This document shows positions 49,986 to 62,280 of a stretch of 64,000 bases of DNA, piece after piece. The translations under genes were made by a program, and so were the position numbers. A model generated the notes under the pieces. It saw only the letters and a program-made list of their open reading frames with translations. It had not been told where the DNA came from and made no database searches. Source of the stretch: Octopus bimaculoides (taxonomy: Eukaryota); assembly GCF_001194135.2 (NCBI RefSeq), contig NC_069000.1, positions 47,122,130 to 47,186,129 on the forward strand. Direction: 5' to 3'. The number at the start of each line of letters is the position of its first letter. The stretch's first letter is position 1.

Positions 49986-50230
49986 AAAAACACTTTAGAG
50001 AGAAAAAGTTGAAGGCTGTCCATGTGACTTGAACTCATGTCTCCTGTAGACTTAACAATCATATTTATTGCTTTATCTGCTTTGAATTTCACTGTCCCCC
50101 ACCCCCACAAAAAAATATTTCATACTCTCTCGAAGTTTCTAAATTCTTCTGACGTCAGCATTATATTTTGTTGTTTTATTATTTTAATGGGTTTTTTTTT
50201 TTGATAATGACGACTTCTCTCCCTTTATAG

Positions 50231-50338
50231 AAATCTTTGCTGGTGAAGTTAAGATTTGCAACCTGACTGGAAATGAACTTCTTCAATGTGGTTATCTTGA
50301 GTTGAAATATATCATTGATTGGGCCAAGAAAGTACCAG
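50231..50338 (+). CDS. Nuclear receptor coding exon 3 (EIFAGEVKICNLTGNELLQCGYLELKYIIDWAKKVPG, LBD helix 3)
   Basis: Acceptor ccctttatAG; 108 nt, phase 1-1; donor GTAACA at 50339; LBD signature WAK.VPGF. Not in the supplied ORF track because it is too short. Confidence 0.92.
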
Positions 50339-50694
50339 GTAACACACATATATCATCATCGTTTGTCTTCATCATTGTTCTAATGTCCCCTTTTCATAAT
50401 TCTGAAATATAGGATGACCATGAAGTCTGCATTACCTGGGAAATATCCCTAATACTCTTGTGGAATGGGCTCCTCAATCACTGGATGTTAGTCCCCTTCA
50501 CTTCTTTTTCTGGGGTAAGATAAGGGAGAAGTTTTACTCCATGAAAATTACAGATATAAATCATCTGAAGGAACTCTTTGTTAATGAATGTGTTTGAAAT
50601 TCATGGAAACATGGAGTTCCTGCATCAGGTTGATATGAATCTTGCAAAGTGCATCCAACTTTGTCAGAAATGTCATTCATTAATGGAGTTCATT

Positions 50695-50917
50695 CAGGGT
50701 TTCTCATCTGGAGTCCATGTGATCTTTGGGGGTCAGATAAGATTTTCTTATTGAAATTTATCGACAATAAATTACTTCTACAAAATATTTTAATTACGAT
50801 TCCTGATAATATTTAATTAATAGAATTGGATGTTTTTATACATCAAATACCTATGGCGGTCCAGTAGAATAAAATAGGAATGGGGTCGATAGGCCAAAAA
50901 ATGGTTGAGAACCACTG
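50695..50917. mobile_element. hAT/Charlie-type MITE
   Basis: Left end CAGGGTTTCTCA and right end GGTTGAGAACCACTG form imperfect terminal inverted repeats. An 8-bp target duplication is not recognisable. Confidence 0.65.
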
Positions 50918-51358
50918 CTGTACTTGAAAATATGCATTTTTGCTTTTGTATTCAGACTTTAGAGTCAGCCTGTAGAATCCAGATGTTTTAGTTAATTTTA
51001 AGTAAAAGAGGTGATCCTGACGTAGAACCCTAATCTAGAAAATATACATCTGATTAACTATTAACCCGTTTGTTGACTTGTTTCTGTTGAAATTCATTGT
51101 CGTTTGTTTCTATTAATTTTGAAAATAGTGAAGAAGTCAGTAAAATAACCATCATTGATGCTGGAGCAGTCTCAGGGGAACCAATATCAAAATAGTTAAT
51201 AATCCACTAAATTAGTGTCTGATTTTAATTACTGGTCTTTTCCAAATGGTTACAGGTCTAACTGAATAATGTACTTTATCCCCACCACCACCAACCCCCC
51301 CAACTGTGTAGTGAAAGTTGAAAACCACTTTATTCTTTGTTCTTTTATTCCCTGCCAG

Positions 51359-51443
51359 GATTTCGAGATTTATGTATCACAGACCAGACAGCTTTGTTGA
51401 AATCCTCGTTCATGGAATTGAGTGTTCTTCGTCTGTCGTACAG
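51359..51443 (+). CDS. Nuclear receptor coding exon 4 (GFRDLCITDQTALLKSSFMELSVLRLSYR, LBD helices 4-5)
   Basis: Acceptor cctgccAG at 51357-51358; 85 nt, phase 1-2; donor GTAGGC at 51444; F..L...DQ..LL signature. Confidence 0.92.
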
Positions 51444-51938
51444 GTAGGCCACTGGTTCTGTTTTATGGTAAAACTGTCAGTTATATTGTTTCTAACAGAT
51501 ATGTCAGCCTGTCATCATTCTGGAACATTTTCTGATTTGGATAATTCTTTCTGACTAGTCTGTACAACCAAGATCTTTATATCTACTGGAACCAGTCTCC
51601 AGTCTGCATCCGTTTCACTACACTACCAGGGTCCATTCTAAATACTATGACTGTTTTATGAGTGGTCTTAATGACCACCAGGATCAGTCTTCAGTTTATT
51701 GCGTAGGAATTGTCCTGGTATATCATTTGTCCTATGGCACTCCTAGCAAAGACCTGCCATGCTTGAGACTAACCAGTCAAGACATGAAAATGGATCCAGG
51801 CCTCACCTGCCAAGATTGTCATTGTAACAAAGAAACCCTAACCAAATTACAAAGTGACCCTTTAAAATTCCACTCAGGCTCCTTTCTTGTAATATTCCCA
51901 TTTAATTATTTTCCTTTCTCTTTTACTTATTGCCACAG

Positions 51939-52126
51939 ATCAATGGGAATGGACAATGTGATAAAGTTTGCTGAAGGTTTGCTCGTTCCAATCAACTACG
52001 CTACCAACATGGGTTGGGGCAATGAACTCATCAATGCATCTGTTGAGTTCTCCCTCTGTCTCAAGAGTATTCATCTTGACCACTCAGAATTTTGTATTCT
52101 CAATGCTCTCGTCTTAACATATCCAG
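51939..52126 (+). CDS. Nuclear receptor coding exon 5 (RSMGMDNVIKFAEG...EFCILNALVLTYP, LBD beta-turn to helix 8)
   Basis: Acceptor tgccacAG at 51937-51938; 188 nt, phase 2-1; donor GTGAGT at 52127. Confidence 0.93.
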
Positions 52127-52891
52127 GTGAGTAGTCACACCCAAATGTTGCAAACATTGGGTTTCTTTTTTATTTCTTTTTCTCTTACTAACATTATTTA
52201 CCTGGATTGAAATACCCAGCCATTTACTGGAGAAATCCTTTTGGCCAGCCACTCTTCCTGGTCACTAGTTTAATGTCTCCTTTTCCAAGCTCACATGAGT
52301 TTCGTGGAATTCAGAGAGGCAGACTTTTTGTGGTCAAAAACCTTCCCTGTTGCCATTCCTCACCTGTTTCTGACAATTATCTTGTGATGTCAAGACAAGA
52401 AGACCAAACGTGTGTGTGTATGATGGGCTTCTTTCAGTTTCCATCTACCAAATCCTCTCTCTAGGCTTGTATCAGCTAAGGGTTATAGTCAAAGGTGCCA
52501 AACAGTTTGGTTTTGTGAAATTTACATGATTGGGAAAGCAAACTTCTGGCCCAAACAGCCATGCTTGTGTCTTTAATTAAACTCAAAGGGTTTGTAACAG
52601 TTTTGAGCAAACCGCAGCCCACGGGGCTTTCCGAATGACCTGTCTAATGAAAAATGAAATGACTTTGAATTTTTGTCTTTTAGCAGTATGGCTTACCTGA
52701 TGATGATGATGAACCTTGTCTCATGCAGCCTGCTTCTTGTCAAAGGTTGCTTCTGCTTAGATTATAATCTAACAAAGAATTCATTCCACACACACACACA
52801 CACACACCTGTGCCATGTAATATATAACAAATCTTGTTTCTTTTTCTCTTGATTTCTTTTTGGTCATCCTTGCTTTCTCTCTCTGCTGTAG

Positions 52892-53127
52892 ATGCCTCAG
52901 GTGTACAAGACAAACAAAAGGTTGCTGCCATGCAGACGAGAATCCTCGACACACTGCGACGCTACGTCTCCAAGAAATACTCCAGTGACCTCCAGCGTTA
53001 TGGCAAGATGCTGCTACGTCTGCCAGCCCTTCGCACCCTCAGCGCCAAAGCTGCCGAACGTTTCCTCTCACTGACCCTGGAGGGCAGTTCCCACATTAAT
53101 GAACTTGTGTCCCAAATGATCAGCTGA
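52892..53127 (+). CDS. Nuclear receptor coding exon 6 (DASGVQD...RYGKMLLRLPALR...INELVSQMIS-stop, LBD helices 9-12)
   Basis: Acceptor ctgtAG at 52890-52891, G+AT = Asp; helix-10 motif R..K.LLRLP.LR; TGA at 53125-53127. The joined CDS is 1380 nt, giving 459 aa. Confidence 0.95.
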
Positions 53128-53479
53128 TCAATGCTGACCCTTGATCACTTTAACCACCACCACCATCATCACTCCCCCGACACCACCTGGTTTAATGGTT
53201 GTGTGAGGAATGTCTTCTTTTTTCACGGAACAAACAAAAACAACCGTTGTCTTTATTCCCCCCCCCCCGGTTTCTTTATTTTGTTCATTGCTAAAACTTT
53301 AGCCAATTTTTTGTCATTTCAATTAACCCTTGGATGGATACTGTTGGAGGGGAAAAGACACATGCATATAATCAACATACATTATTTAGATTTTTCAGAT
53401 TAACAAAGATTGTTTGTTTTTGTCTTAGTTCTGTTATTTATTTTATTTATTATAATTAAGGCAATGAGCTAACAGACTC

Positions 53480-53710
53480 GTTAGCAGACTGGACAAATTG
53501 CTTAGCAGTATTTCTTCCAGCTCTTTACATTCTGAGTTCAAATTCCACCAAGGTTGACTTTTGACTTTCATTCTCACAGGGCTTTGTGTCAAAACGGGAA
53601 GCCTTTATTATTAGTCTTTCGCAGTCAATAACAGAACTAGTTGGATAATGGTGGGGGTTCCAATGTAACCGCCCCCTCCGAAATTGCTGGCCTTGTGTCA
53701 AAATTCGAAA
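53480..53710 (+). mobile_element. tRNA-derived SINE, family A
   Basis: ttctgagttcaaattccaccaaggttgac...ggccttgtgtcaaaattcgaa. Confidence 0.7.
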
Positions 53711-54070
53711 GTACTTTGAAATGAAGAAAGGCAAAACCAACATTCCTGGCATTTGAACTCAGAACATGAATCCCAATGAGGTTCGAGAAGCATTACCACC
53801 ATGCCGCCCGAAATGGTGGCTTGCATTTGTCCCTGCTTTATGTTCAACGTCACAGGGGTCGATTGGGGGGGGGAGGTCAATAAAACAAATACCAGTTGTG
53901 CACTGGGGCTGATGTAATTTGTTAATAGTTTAACAACATTATCAACCCGAGACAGATCGCAGCAGCCACTTATAAAGATATATCTTAACAGCTTCATTAA
54001 TAATATTTTCTTTAAAAAATAATGAAGAGTTTGGAGAGATTTAGCAAAATAATTAACTTTTAATAGGCTT

Positions 54071-54305
54071 NNNNNNNNNNNNNNNNNNNNNNNNNNNNNN
54101 NNNNNNNNNNNNNNNNNNNNNNNNNNNNNNNNNNNNNNNNNNNNNNNNNNNNNNNNNNNNNNNNNNNNNNNNNNNNNNNNNNNNNNNNNNNNNNNNNNNN
54201 NNNNNNNNNNNNNNNNNNNNNNNNNNNNNNNNNNNNNNNNNNNNNNNNNNNNNNNNNNNNNNNNNNNNNNNNNNNNNNNNNNNNNNNNNNNNNNNNNNNN
54301 NNNNN
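54071..54305. other. Assembly gap (N run)
   Basis: Continuous N run. Confidence 1.
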
Positions 54306-54605
54306 GTTCAGTTCCACTGCGTGGCACCTTGGGCAAGTGTCTTCTACTATAGCCTCGGGCCGACCAAAGCCTTGAGTGGATTTGGGAGACGGAAACTGAA
54401 AGAAGCCCCTCGTATATGCATATGTGTTTGTCCCCCCAACATCACTTGACAACTGATGCTGGTGTGTTTATGTCCCCGTAACTTAGCGGCTCAGCAAAAG
54501 AGACCGATAAAATAAGTACTAGGCTTACAAAGAATAAGTCCTGGGGTCAATTTGCTCGACTAAAGGTGGTGCTCCAGCATGGCCACAGTCAACAAGTAAA
54601 AGAGT
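54306..54605 (+). mobile_element. tRNA-derived SINE, family B (young-looking copy, 5' end lost in the gap)
   Basis: gttcagttccactgcgtggcaccttgggcaagtgtcttctactatagcctcgggccgacc...gctccagcatggccacagtc...aagtaaaagag. Confidence 0.85.
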
Positions 54606-57322
54606 AATCAACTATTTGAAATATAATTCTCCCCAAACTATAATGGAAGGTTTTAACAAGAGTGTTATTATAGAACGAGGGGTAGTGTTCAGGGAGGATT
54701 AATAAACAATAGTTATGAGGAGGTTAAGGGGTTTATTAACTACAGACTGCAATGTCATCAGTTCAAAGCTTACGGCTGTCACTGAATTTGTATGGCAAGG
54801 TACATAACTCTGCTAGCTCCAGTTTCTTAGTTGGAAGCGTCAAGGGTGGAGAGGAAGGTCGTTCACTGGGGACAACAAATATAACCTTAGGAATTTGAGT
54901 CAGAAGAAAACAAAATATATATATATATACACAACAGGTGAGTATGACATGCTTTCACTAATTGGTTTTCAGGTGTGTCTGTAGTTGTGAGCAGGCACAG
55001 ACGCCTCAACTCTCTCACCCTTGACTCAATGGCACATTAAGGTTGTCAGATAACTGCACCAGCAGTTGGGTGGTACACCTTTACAGCTACATGGACTGGA
55101 GCAATGTGAAATAAAGTACATTACGTCGCCCAGTCAAAGAATTGAACTTATGACTGTGAGCTGTGGAGCTGAGCACAAGGACGGACACACCCTCACATAA
55201 CAGTTGTAATTAAGTTAATGAGCCATTTACATGAAGAGAAAACATTAGCAATCAGCTGGTACAACACTTACTCTCTGGCAGGACAGGTTCCAACAGAGTC
55301 AGTCACCATCACTCAATCGTGGTCTGATTATACATCTGTCACAGGCTGCTAGATCCTGGACTTATGTATTAAATTTACGGAAATAATTAACATCCAGGTA
55401 ATTTCTGTACATACAAAGAATGCCTCCAAAATTTTATATCATTAACAACAGGATTTCTAACACATTTCTGTCAAGCCAATCAATATTGTAATTAGCTAAT
55501 TGGACATCTTTTATATCATTAGACTGCTCACATCTCACTAGATGTCATAATTATAATTAGGTCGTAGCTCTATCATATTTATGACATTAAACTGTAGAGA
55601 AAAGGTGGAAGAATTAGTAAAACAAACAAAAAAAAAGCCTTGCAGTATTTCTCCCAGGGTTCGAATCATGCCAAAGCCAACATTGGTGTCCTTTCAGGGA
55701 TAAAACACTAGTCAAACACACAGAGGTCAGTGGCATCAAATAACCCCTGAGCTTAGTGCCTAAATCACAAGCGAGAAATTGTTTAGTTCCTTATCAGTGC
55801 TGATCCAGCCATGACCATTCCAGTTTAATGTGTTTTGAAAATGGTGAGGCTGCTATTTTTAGCAGACCAAGTTACCACATAGAAACTGCTGCATTGGTCC
55901 ACCAAGTTGTTGCTGCTTCTGCAGACATTATTACACAGAACAAAGAATCCCAACACTTGCGAACCACTTGAAAATCCAAGAGAGCAGATAAAGGTGAAAG
56001 AACCAGGATTTAATCTGACTTTACTCACAATATTCTTTTTGTTGTGTGAATTCAAATGTAATTTGCTGGCGTCTGATCTTAGTTGTTGAGGTTTCTGTGT
56101 TGACAGCCACAGAAGTGGATCCTAGAACAGCCAGCTTCCTCCATCAGGGGTCAATCATCTGTCCAAAGCCGTGTGTTCTTGGGGTTTGTCCCTTTTCTCG
56201 ATGTCCACATCATTGCTATCTTTGCATGTCCAGTGGCTGCCACATGAAACCGACACAGTGTTATAATGATGCGAACCAGCTGGAGTATAGCCTTGTAGAA
56301 GGATTTCTTTTGTTTGTAATTCCGTCTTGGCAAGTGTCTTTGAATAGTCTTCCATCAACATCATTGGCCAAATGTTCTTGTCCCATTTGTTGGCCACTAT
56401 TGCCATCCTCTGGATATAATTATCAAAAACCAGGAGACAACACCTATTGAAAAAGCATAATGTGAGAATATAGTGACCACTCTGGAGGAGAAGTGAGATG
56501 AAATCTGAGGATGGTATGTCTGGCAGATGAAAAGCCAAGGGCCATTGATGAGTGGTTGTTTAAAAGATGTGCGCAACTTCTGTAGACATAGAAAAAGAAC
56601 AAACATTGAATTAATCACTTTAACAAGAAAGTATTAAGCAACAATATTTTAATGAATGAAACGAGATATAAAATTAACATCTTTATTTTCACAGTTGAGA
56701 TGAAAATGTAATTAAGGCACTTACAAAAAAGGGTACAATAAAAGGGGATGTCATACATGAAGAGGGAGAGAAAGATTTTAAGACTATATTCTATAGTTTC
56801 TCTAAGACACCACTAGGGACCAAATAACAGCATAGATTGAACCCCCCAATGGTTTGGTTAAGAAACCAATGTGTTCTAGAATGGAACATTTGGAATGCAG
56901 AAGTGGGGTTAGGAGGGTCTTTGAATAAATAAATAAATAAATATGGTAGTATCCCAGCATGGCCACAACCAACAAAGAGAAACAACAGAGAAGTGGAGGA
57001 TTGTTTTCTTCTATGACAGGAAACTTCTAAAGAATTCAAAACAAGAATTGTCTGAGATCAGAACTTAAGAGACACAGAATTGAATCTTGACCGATAAGAA
57101 AGCCCTTGCTGTTAAATTAATTACAATTATATAAGTACAAGGATATAAACACAATTCTTCTCTGCTGCTTGTGGACCTCCCCACCCTCCACTCAAAGGGA
57201 TGTCTCCTGACAGACTGTTTCACAATTGGTGGATTGATCATCAGAGAAGACATACTTCTTGCCTTTCCTATCCAACTTACAAGCACTTAATGGCTTGTCA
57301 TTACACCAGACAGCTTAATTAA

Positions 57323-57543
57323 CCCTTTAGTGTTCAGATTAATCTATTAAATGTAATACTTTTTTCACTCAAATTGTTTTGAATTAATCATACATTATCT
57401 TACAGCTTTGAAGTTTCGATGGTGTGATAGTTTATTTTTAGAATGTCATTGTAGGTTAGGTGTGAGAGGCTAGATATTGACAGTTTGAATATAAAACATG
57501 TAGAATATTTGGGCCGGATATGGCCGGTTTAAACACTAAAGGG
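57323..57543. mobile_element. Full-length family M1 MITE with intact TTAA duplications
   Basis: TTAA(57319-57322)-CCCTTTAGTGTT...AACACTAAAGGG-TTAA(57544-57547). Confidence 0.85.
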
Positions 57544-60500
57544 TTAAACATACTTGGCTTTAAATAGCTCATCATTAATATACATTTATTACACACAACA
57601 CAGCAGGTATCAGACAAATTGAATTAAATCTAAAGCTTTTGCTGTGAAATTAATCACAATTACATAAATTAAATATGTAAATGCACTCCCCCGCCTACTC
57701 TTAGTTTTCTGGAAATGACAATATGTAAGGTTGGTAGAGTTTAATTCTTATTGAAAATTTTTAAGGTTCTAGTTTTACCATTATAAGACTTAGAAGAAAC
57801 TCTTTCTTTTATTTCTTACTAACACAAATGCACGGCCAAGTGATTATGGTGTTCAGGTCACAAATCATTAGGACATGGGTTCAATTCTTGAACTGGGTAG
57901 CAAGGTATATCTTTGAGCAAAGTATTTTATTTCACAATGCTTCAGTCTACACAACAAAAAAAACAAGTACCAGCGATTGCTGTGGGTTAAATCTGCAATA
58001 GACCAGATCCTTTTCAGTGATCTTTTACTGCCAACACCTAAGCACCTTGAAGATTCAGATAAGCTCTGACCCCTATCATATTTAGAGACATGGGACAGAC
58101 TTTAGATTAATCAGAGACCAAAACCACCAAAAACTGTTCAGTTTTAGAAAAACTACACAAAAAATCTAAGAAACAAAAAAATAAACTTCTTTTCTTGATT
58201 ATTCACAAAAGAGAAAGGAACCTTTTGCACTCAAAATTACAAATACAATTATGCAAATTAGATTTTGGAAAGCAGCCATTAAACAACAACGATAATGATG
58301 ATTTCTATGTCAGATTTCAAGACAATTTTCCTAAATTAATAATCGAACAATATAGAGCCATATTGAAGTGATGAAAAAATGGTTCAATAGTTTATATAAT
58401 GTGTAAGGAATACACGCAGTATGGAGTTGGGACAACAGTTCAAAGGAGAACTCAATACACATGCAGGAAGATACGTTTATTAGTAGCAAAAGACCCTAAA
58501 TAGAAGAGAGGGAGAGTTGATCTGGTTCAGGGATCCAGTGATAATAATGGCTGAACTTCAATCATTAAGGGACATAATAATAATATTGATGAAGAAATTC
58601 TTCATGATGTTAACCAAATCTGTTGTGTCTGAAACCATAAGAAATTTAAGGTTAATGAGTGATAAAACATCATGGACATAGGATGACGCTGACGCATTCA
58701 GAATGACACCTGATAATCACAAAGCTGACCTCAACAGCCCGAAAATATCTCCAGCAATAATTAAACCTTGACTAAGCACTAAATATTTAATTGGACCTTA
58801 AAAATGAGTTTGTTTCACCAAAGTTTACAATATTCCACCCCTGCAAGACAGTTGGTACTTGAAAGCTAATCCAGGAATTTGTGTTTCAGTTTCCTTCCTC
58901 CTGACAAGAATTTAAACTTCTCAACAACATTCAACCTCTTTATCGTGTCTCATGCACCAGATTCCTTTAGTAAAGTTGACAAAGTGGACACCACCATAAC
59001 AGGCCAAAACTCTCGGTGGTCAGTCATTTTGGCCTCGGTCTGGTGACTATGTCGGTCAGTCTGACAACCCTACAGTCTCACTCAAAATGGAGTGGGATTC
59101 CAAAGTGAAGAGATTTGGGTAAGGAGGTGCATGAGCCAAAGTTAGAACTCACTGAAGTTAGAACAGAATCTCATGAGTTCTACCTTCAGCAAGTTAATTA
59201 ACCAACATAATTTCATTAAAAAGGAAAAAATAAAAACATACAAATGTACTTGTGACAACATTTTCCAGTTGTACAAGTACATCAGATGTGATAGAAGAGG
59301 AGGTTAAAAAAAAAAAAAAAGCAATCACAAACAAGAGTTTTCTGTGTCCTGCAGAAACAAATAACAAAACGAGACAGATTGAATATTCCATCAGCTTAAA
59401 GTACCAATATCTTAAAACTTTTGGCTTTTCTACCTTAAAACTGAATTTTTAAAAAAGTTTTGATCTCTTAAAATTGTTTTGTAAACTTAAAATTACCAAA
59501 ACTGCCAGGAATCAAAATAGAAGCAACAGAAACAGGAAGAAGGTGTCTGGGTATATTTACAACTGAAGAGAGTAAAACTGAGAAGTTGAAAACGACAAAC
59601 TCCACTTCAATAAAAAATGCGTTGAACTACAGACCCAAACATTACGCGTTCAAGACTATATGCTGGTACTGTCTAGGAGTCTTAACGGAATCAAACTACT
59701 TCTCATAAATATACACATGTCTTCCTTAATTAAACTAGATGGACTTAGGCAATCTACACCAAGTTGTTTGGCTTTTAAAATTCTTTGAAAATATCTGGAT
59801 TTGGAAAACCATTACATCTACAAAATGGATTAAAAAACAAAAAACATCAATGAGAGAAGTTTCTCACACACACACATGGAATAAACAATTGCCCAATGAA
59901 GTAACGTTGTGTGTCCTCAATGTATATCTGTCAAATGATGTTTCGTTGTAAACCAAAAACTCCAAAAAGATGCCAATGTTAGGGGGCAACAACTACGAGG
60001 AAATAAATCTTGCTTGGGAAAACTGAGCCTCACACATTAAATAAAAAAAGATCAGTAATGGTTCAAAGTTAATGATGACAACAATGACGGCAAGAAAAAA
60101 AAAAACAGGGTAAAGGAGACAATCCAAACTCTCTCTTCTCAAAATATTCACTGATTTCATGTGGCAACAAGTTTAGACAACAACAAAAAAACTAGAGTGT
60201 AATTGATTCATCATCATCATCAATGGATGAGTAGGAAAGAATGTGTGGTTAAGAAGCTCAATTCACAATTATGTGGTTATGGGTTCAATCCCAGAGTACA
60301 GCACTTTGACCAATGTCTTCTACTACAACTTCTAGTCTTGTGAATGGAATTTGGTAGACAGAAACTGTACAAAACTCCTTTAAATGTGCATGAGAGTGTA
60401 TGGACACACCCATTCTTGTCTTGAGTTAATGTTCACAGTCTATAGAAAAGAAATGACTATTCTGCCACCGGGCTTTTATGTCTGATAACTTAGCAATGTG

Positions 60501-60882
60501 GCAAATAGAAACTGATAAAGATTCAAAGTAATACAATGGTTTGATATGATTGAGTAAGCCTTGCAAGCTGATGTTCTAGCATGGCCATTATCCAGTAACA
60601 ACCCATTAAAAGAGTGAGCATTACATAGACACATGTGTGTGTGTATACACAATGTATGAATGTGTGTGTGTGTGTGTATGTATATATATATATATATACA
60701 TTGTCTTACTTGTCTCAATCATCTGAGTGTGGTCATGCTGGGGCATTTACATGAACAAACCCTGTCCTTATTTACAAGTCTGATATTGACCGCAATTGGT
60801 CAAACAACTTAAGGGACATAAACAAAACACCATTTTTAAAAGCAATGGTAACAGAAAACAGACATAAACATACATTATGTAT

Positions 60883-60918
<36 letters not shown>

Positions 60919-61831
60919 TTGTATAGACAGGCACCCAATGGGTTTCCACATAATTACTATTTACCAATTTCACTTGCAAGGCATTGGACAGCCTGAAGTT
61001 ATAGTAAAAGACATTTGGTCAAGGTACCGTGCAATGGGATTGAACCTGAAACCATGGGACAATGGAAAGGAGCTGTGTGCAGAGAGAGAGAGAGAGAAAG
61101 TGAGACAGTAGAAAAAGGGGGACTGAGGAAAGGTGAACAGTGCATACGTTGGGGGTGGTTGGGGGAGAGACCAAAATAGATCTCAGAAGGTTGGAGCCAG
61201 ACAAAGATGAGGATGGACAACCATGAGTGGAGAGGGAGAGAGAATGAGGTTAAATAGGCAACTTGAAACCATCACAAGAATAAGCGAATGCAAAATTGAT
61301 ACAAGCACACACAAGTGCATACATGTGTATACATATATATATATTATACACACACATCTATACATACATTATATATATACATTATATACACACACACACA
61401 CATATATACACATTATATACACACGTGTATACATTATATATATATATATACATATGTATACATAAATATATACACATGCATACACACACACGTATATTCT
61501 TTTATGTGTTCCACCCCCTTCACTACATTACCCACCACCCAAAGGACTTTTTCAAAAGAATGAAAATAATTTGGACATTTTTAAAGAAAAATAAATGAAA
61601 AACAAAGACAAAAAAAAAAATTGTACTTCTTTCTGTGGTGTTGGTGGAGGTGGTGGCCATCCCCCATCAGAAAGTTGTAGGAAACTTCTTCATTTGTAAG
61701 AGACGACCATCGGATAACTTAGAAAAGGATCAACAAGGTCATTGGTCTGGCCAGATGGACATAGACTTTGGTTGGACACGTCTAAGGTGAAGTGCAGGGA
61801 CAAGAAAGGACGGATCCATCACCTTCCTGCT

Positions 61832-61891
61832 TCACTGCAGTTCAAACTTAAATCCTCTTTTCTCCAGATCTTTTCTGGCTTCTTTCAGTTG
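61832..61891 (-). CDS. DPM3: Dolichol-phosphate mannosyltransferase subunit 3, last coding exon (QLKEARKDLEKRGFKFELQ-stop)
   Basis: Acceptor atttttcAG at 61893-61892, phase 0, TGA at 61834-61832. Matches the DPM3 C-terminal coiled coil (human QIQEARADLARRGLRF). Confidence 0.92.
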   Translation of the reverse strand, partial: QLKEARKDLEKRGFKFELQ

Positions 61892-62202
61892 CTGAAAAAT
61901 AAAAAAATATTTCATTTAAATAATACTCAGAGTATCAAGACTATCGAAAGATACCTGGCACATTCTGCCTGAGCTAGTGCTCCCACTGACAACACACCAG
62001 CCATATCATATGCATAAATACATATACAACACTTGTATACACATACACTGCAAATATGCACACAATACACACACAGGAAACTTGCCATAAATTAAATTAT
62101 TAATCAATATTTGAAAGTTAATTAACTATACATTTTTCTGTCATCATCAATGTTTAAACAAGGCTTTGGAACTGAATTTATACGAGAGAAAGAGATAGTT
62201 AC

Positions 62203-62280
62203 CTGTTTCAGTTCTGAGGCAGCATTGATGCAGTCATTGAATGTGGCAACACGATATCCAATGATTCCTAGAGACACACA
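62203..62280 (-). CDS. DPM3: DPM3 coding exon (CVSLGIIGYRVATFNDCINAASELKQ)
   Basis: Acceptor tttcgtccAG at 62282-62281 and donor GTAACT at 62202; 78 nt, phase 0-0. GYRVATF.DC..AA.EL is the DPM3 hallmark. Confidence 0.95.

Noticed and set aside
51658-51938. N-terminal part of the 158-aa ORF overlapping receptor exon 5
   Set aside because: It is intronic read-through. The true exon starts at the acceptor at 51938, where phase matches exon 4.
53879-53884. AATAAA as the receptor poly(A) signal
   Set aside because: It lies inside a SINE copy, where this hexamer is part of the consensus. It cannot be assigned without 3'-end data.
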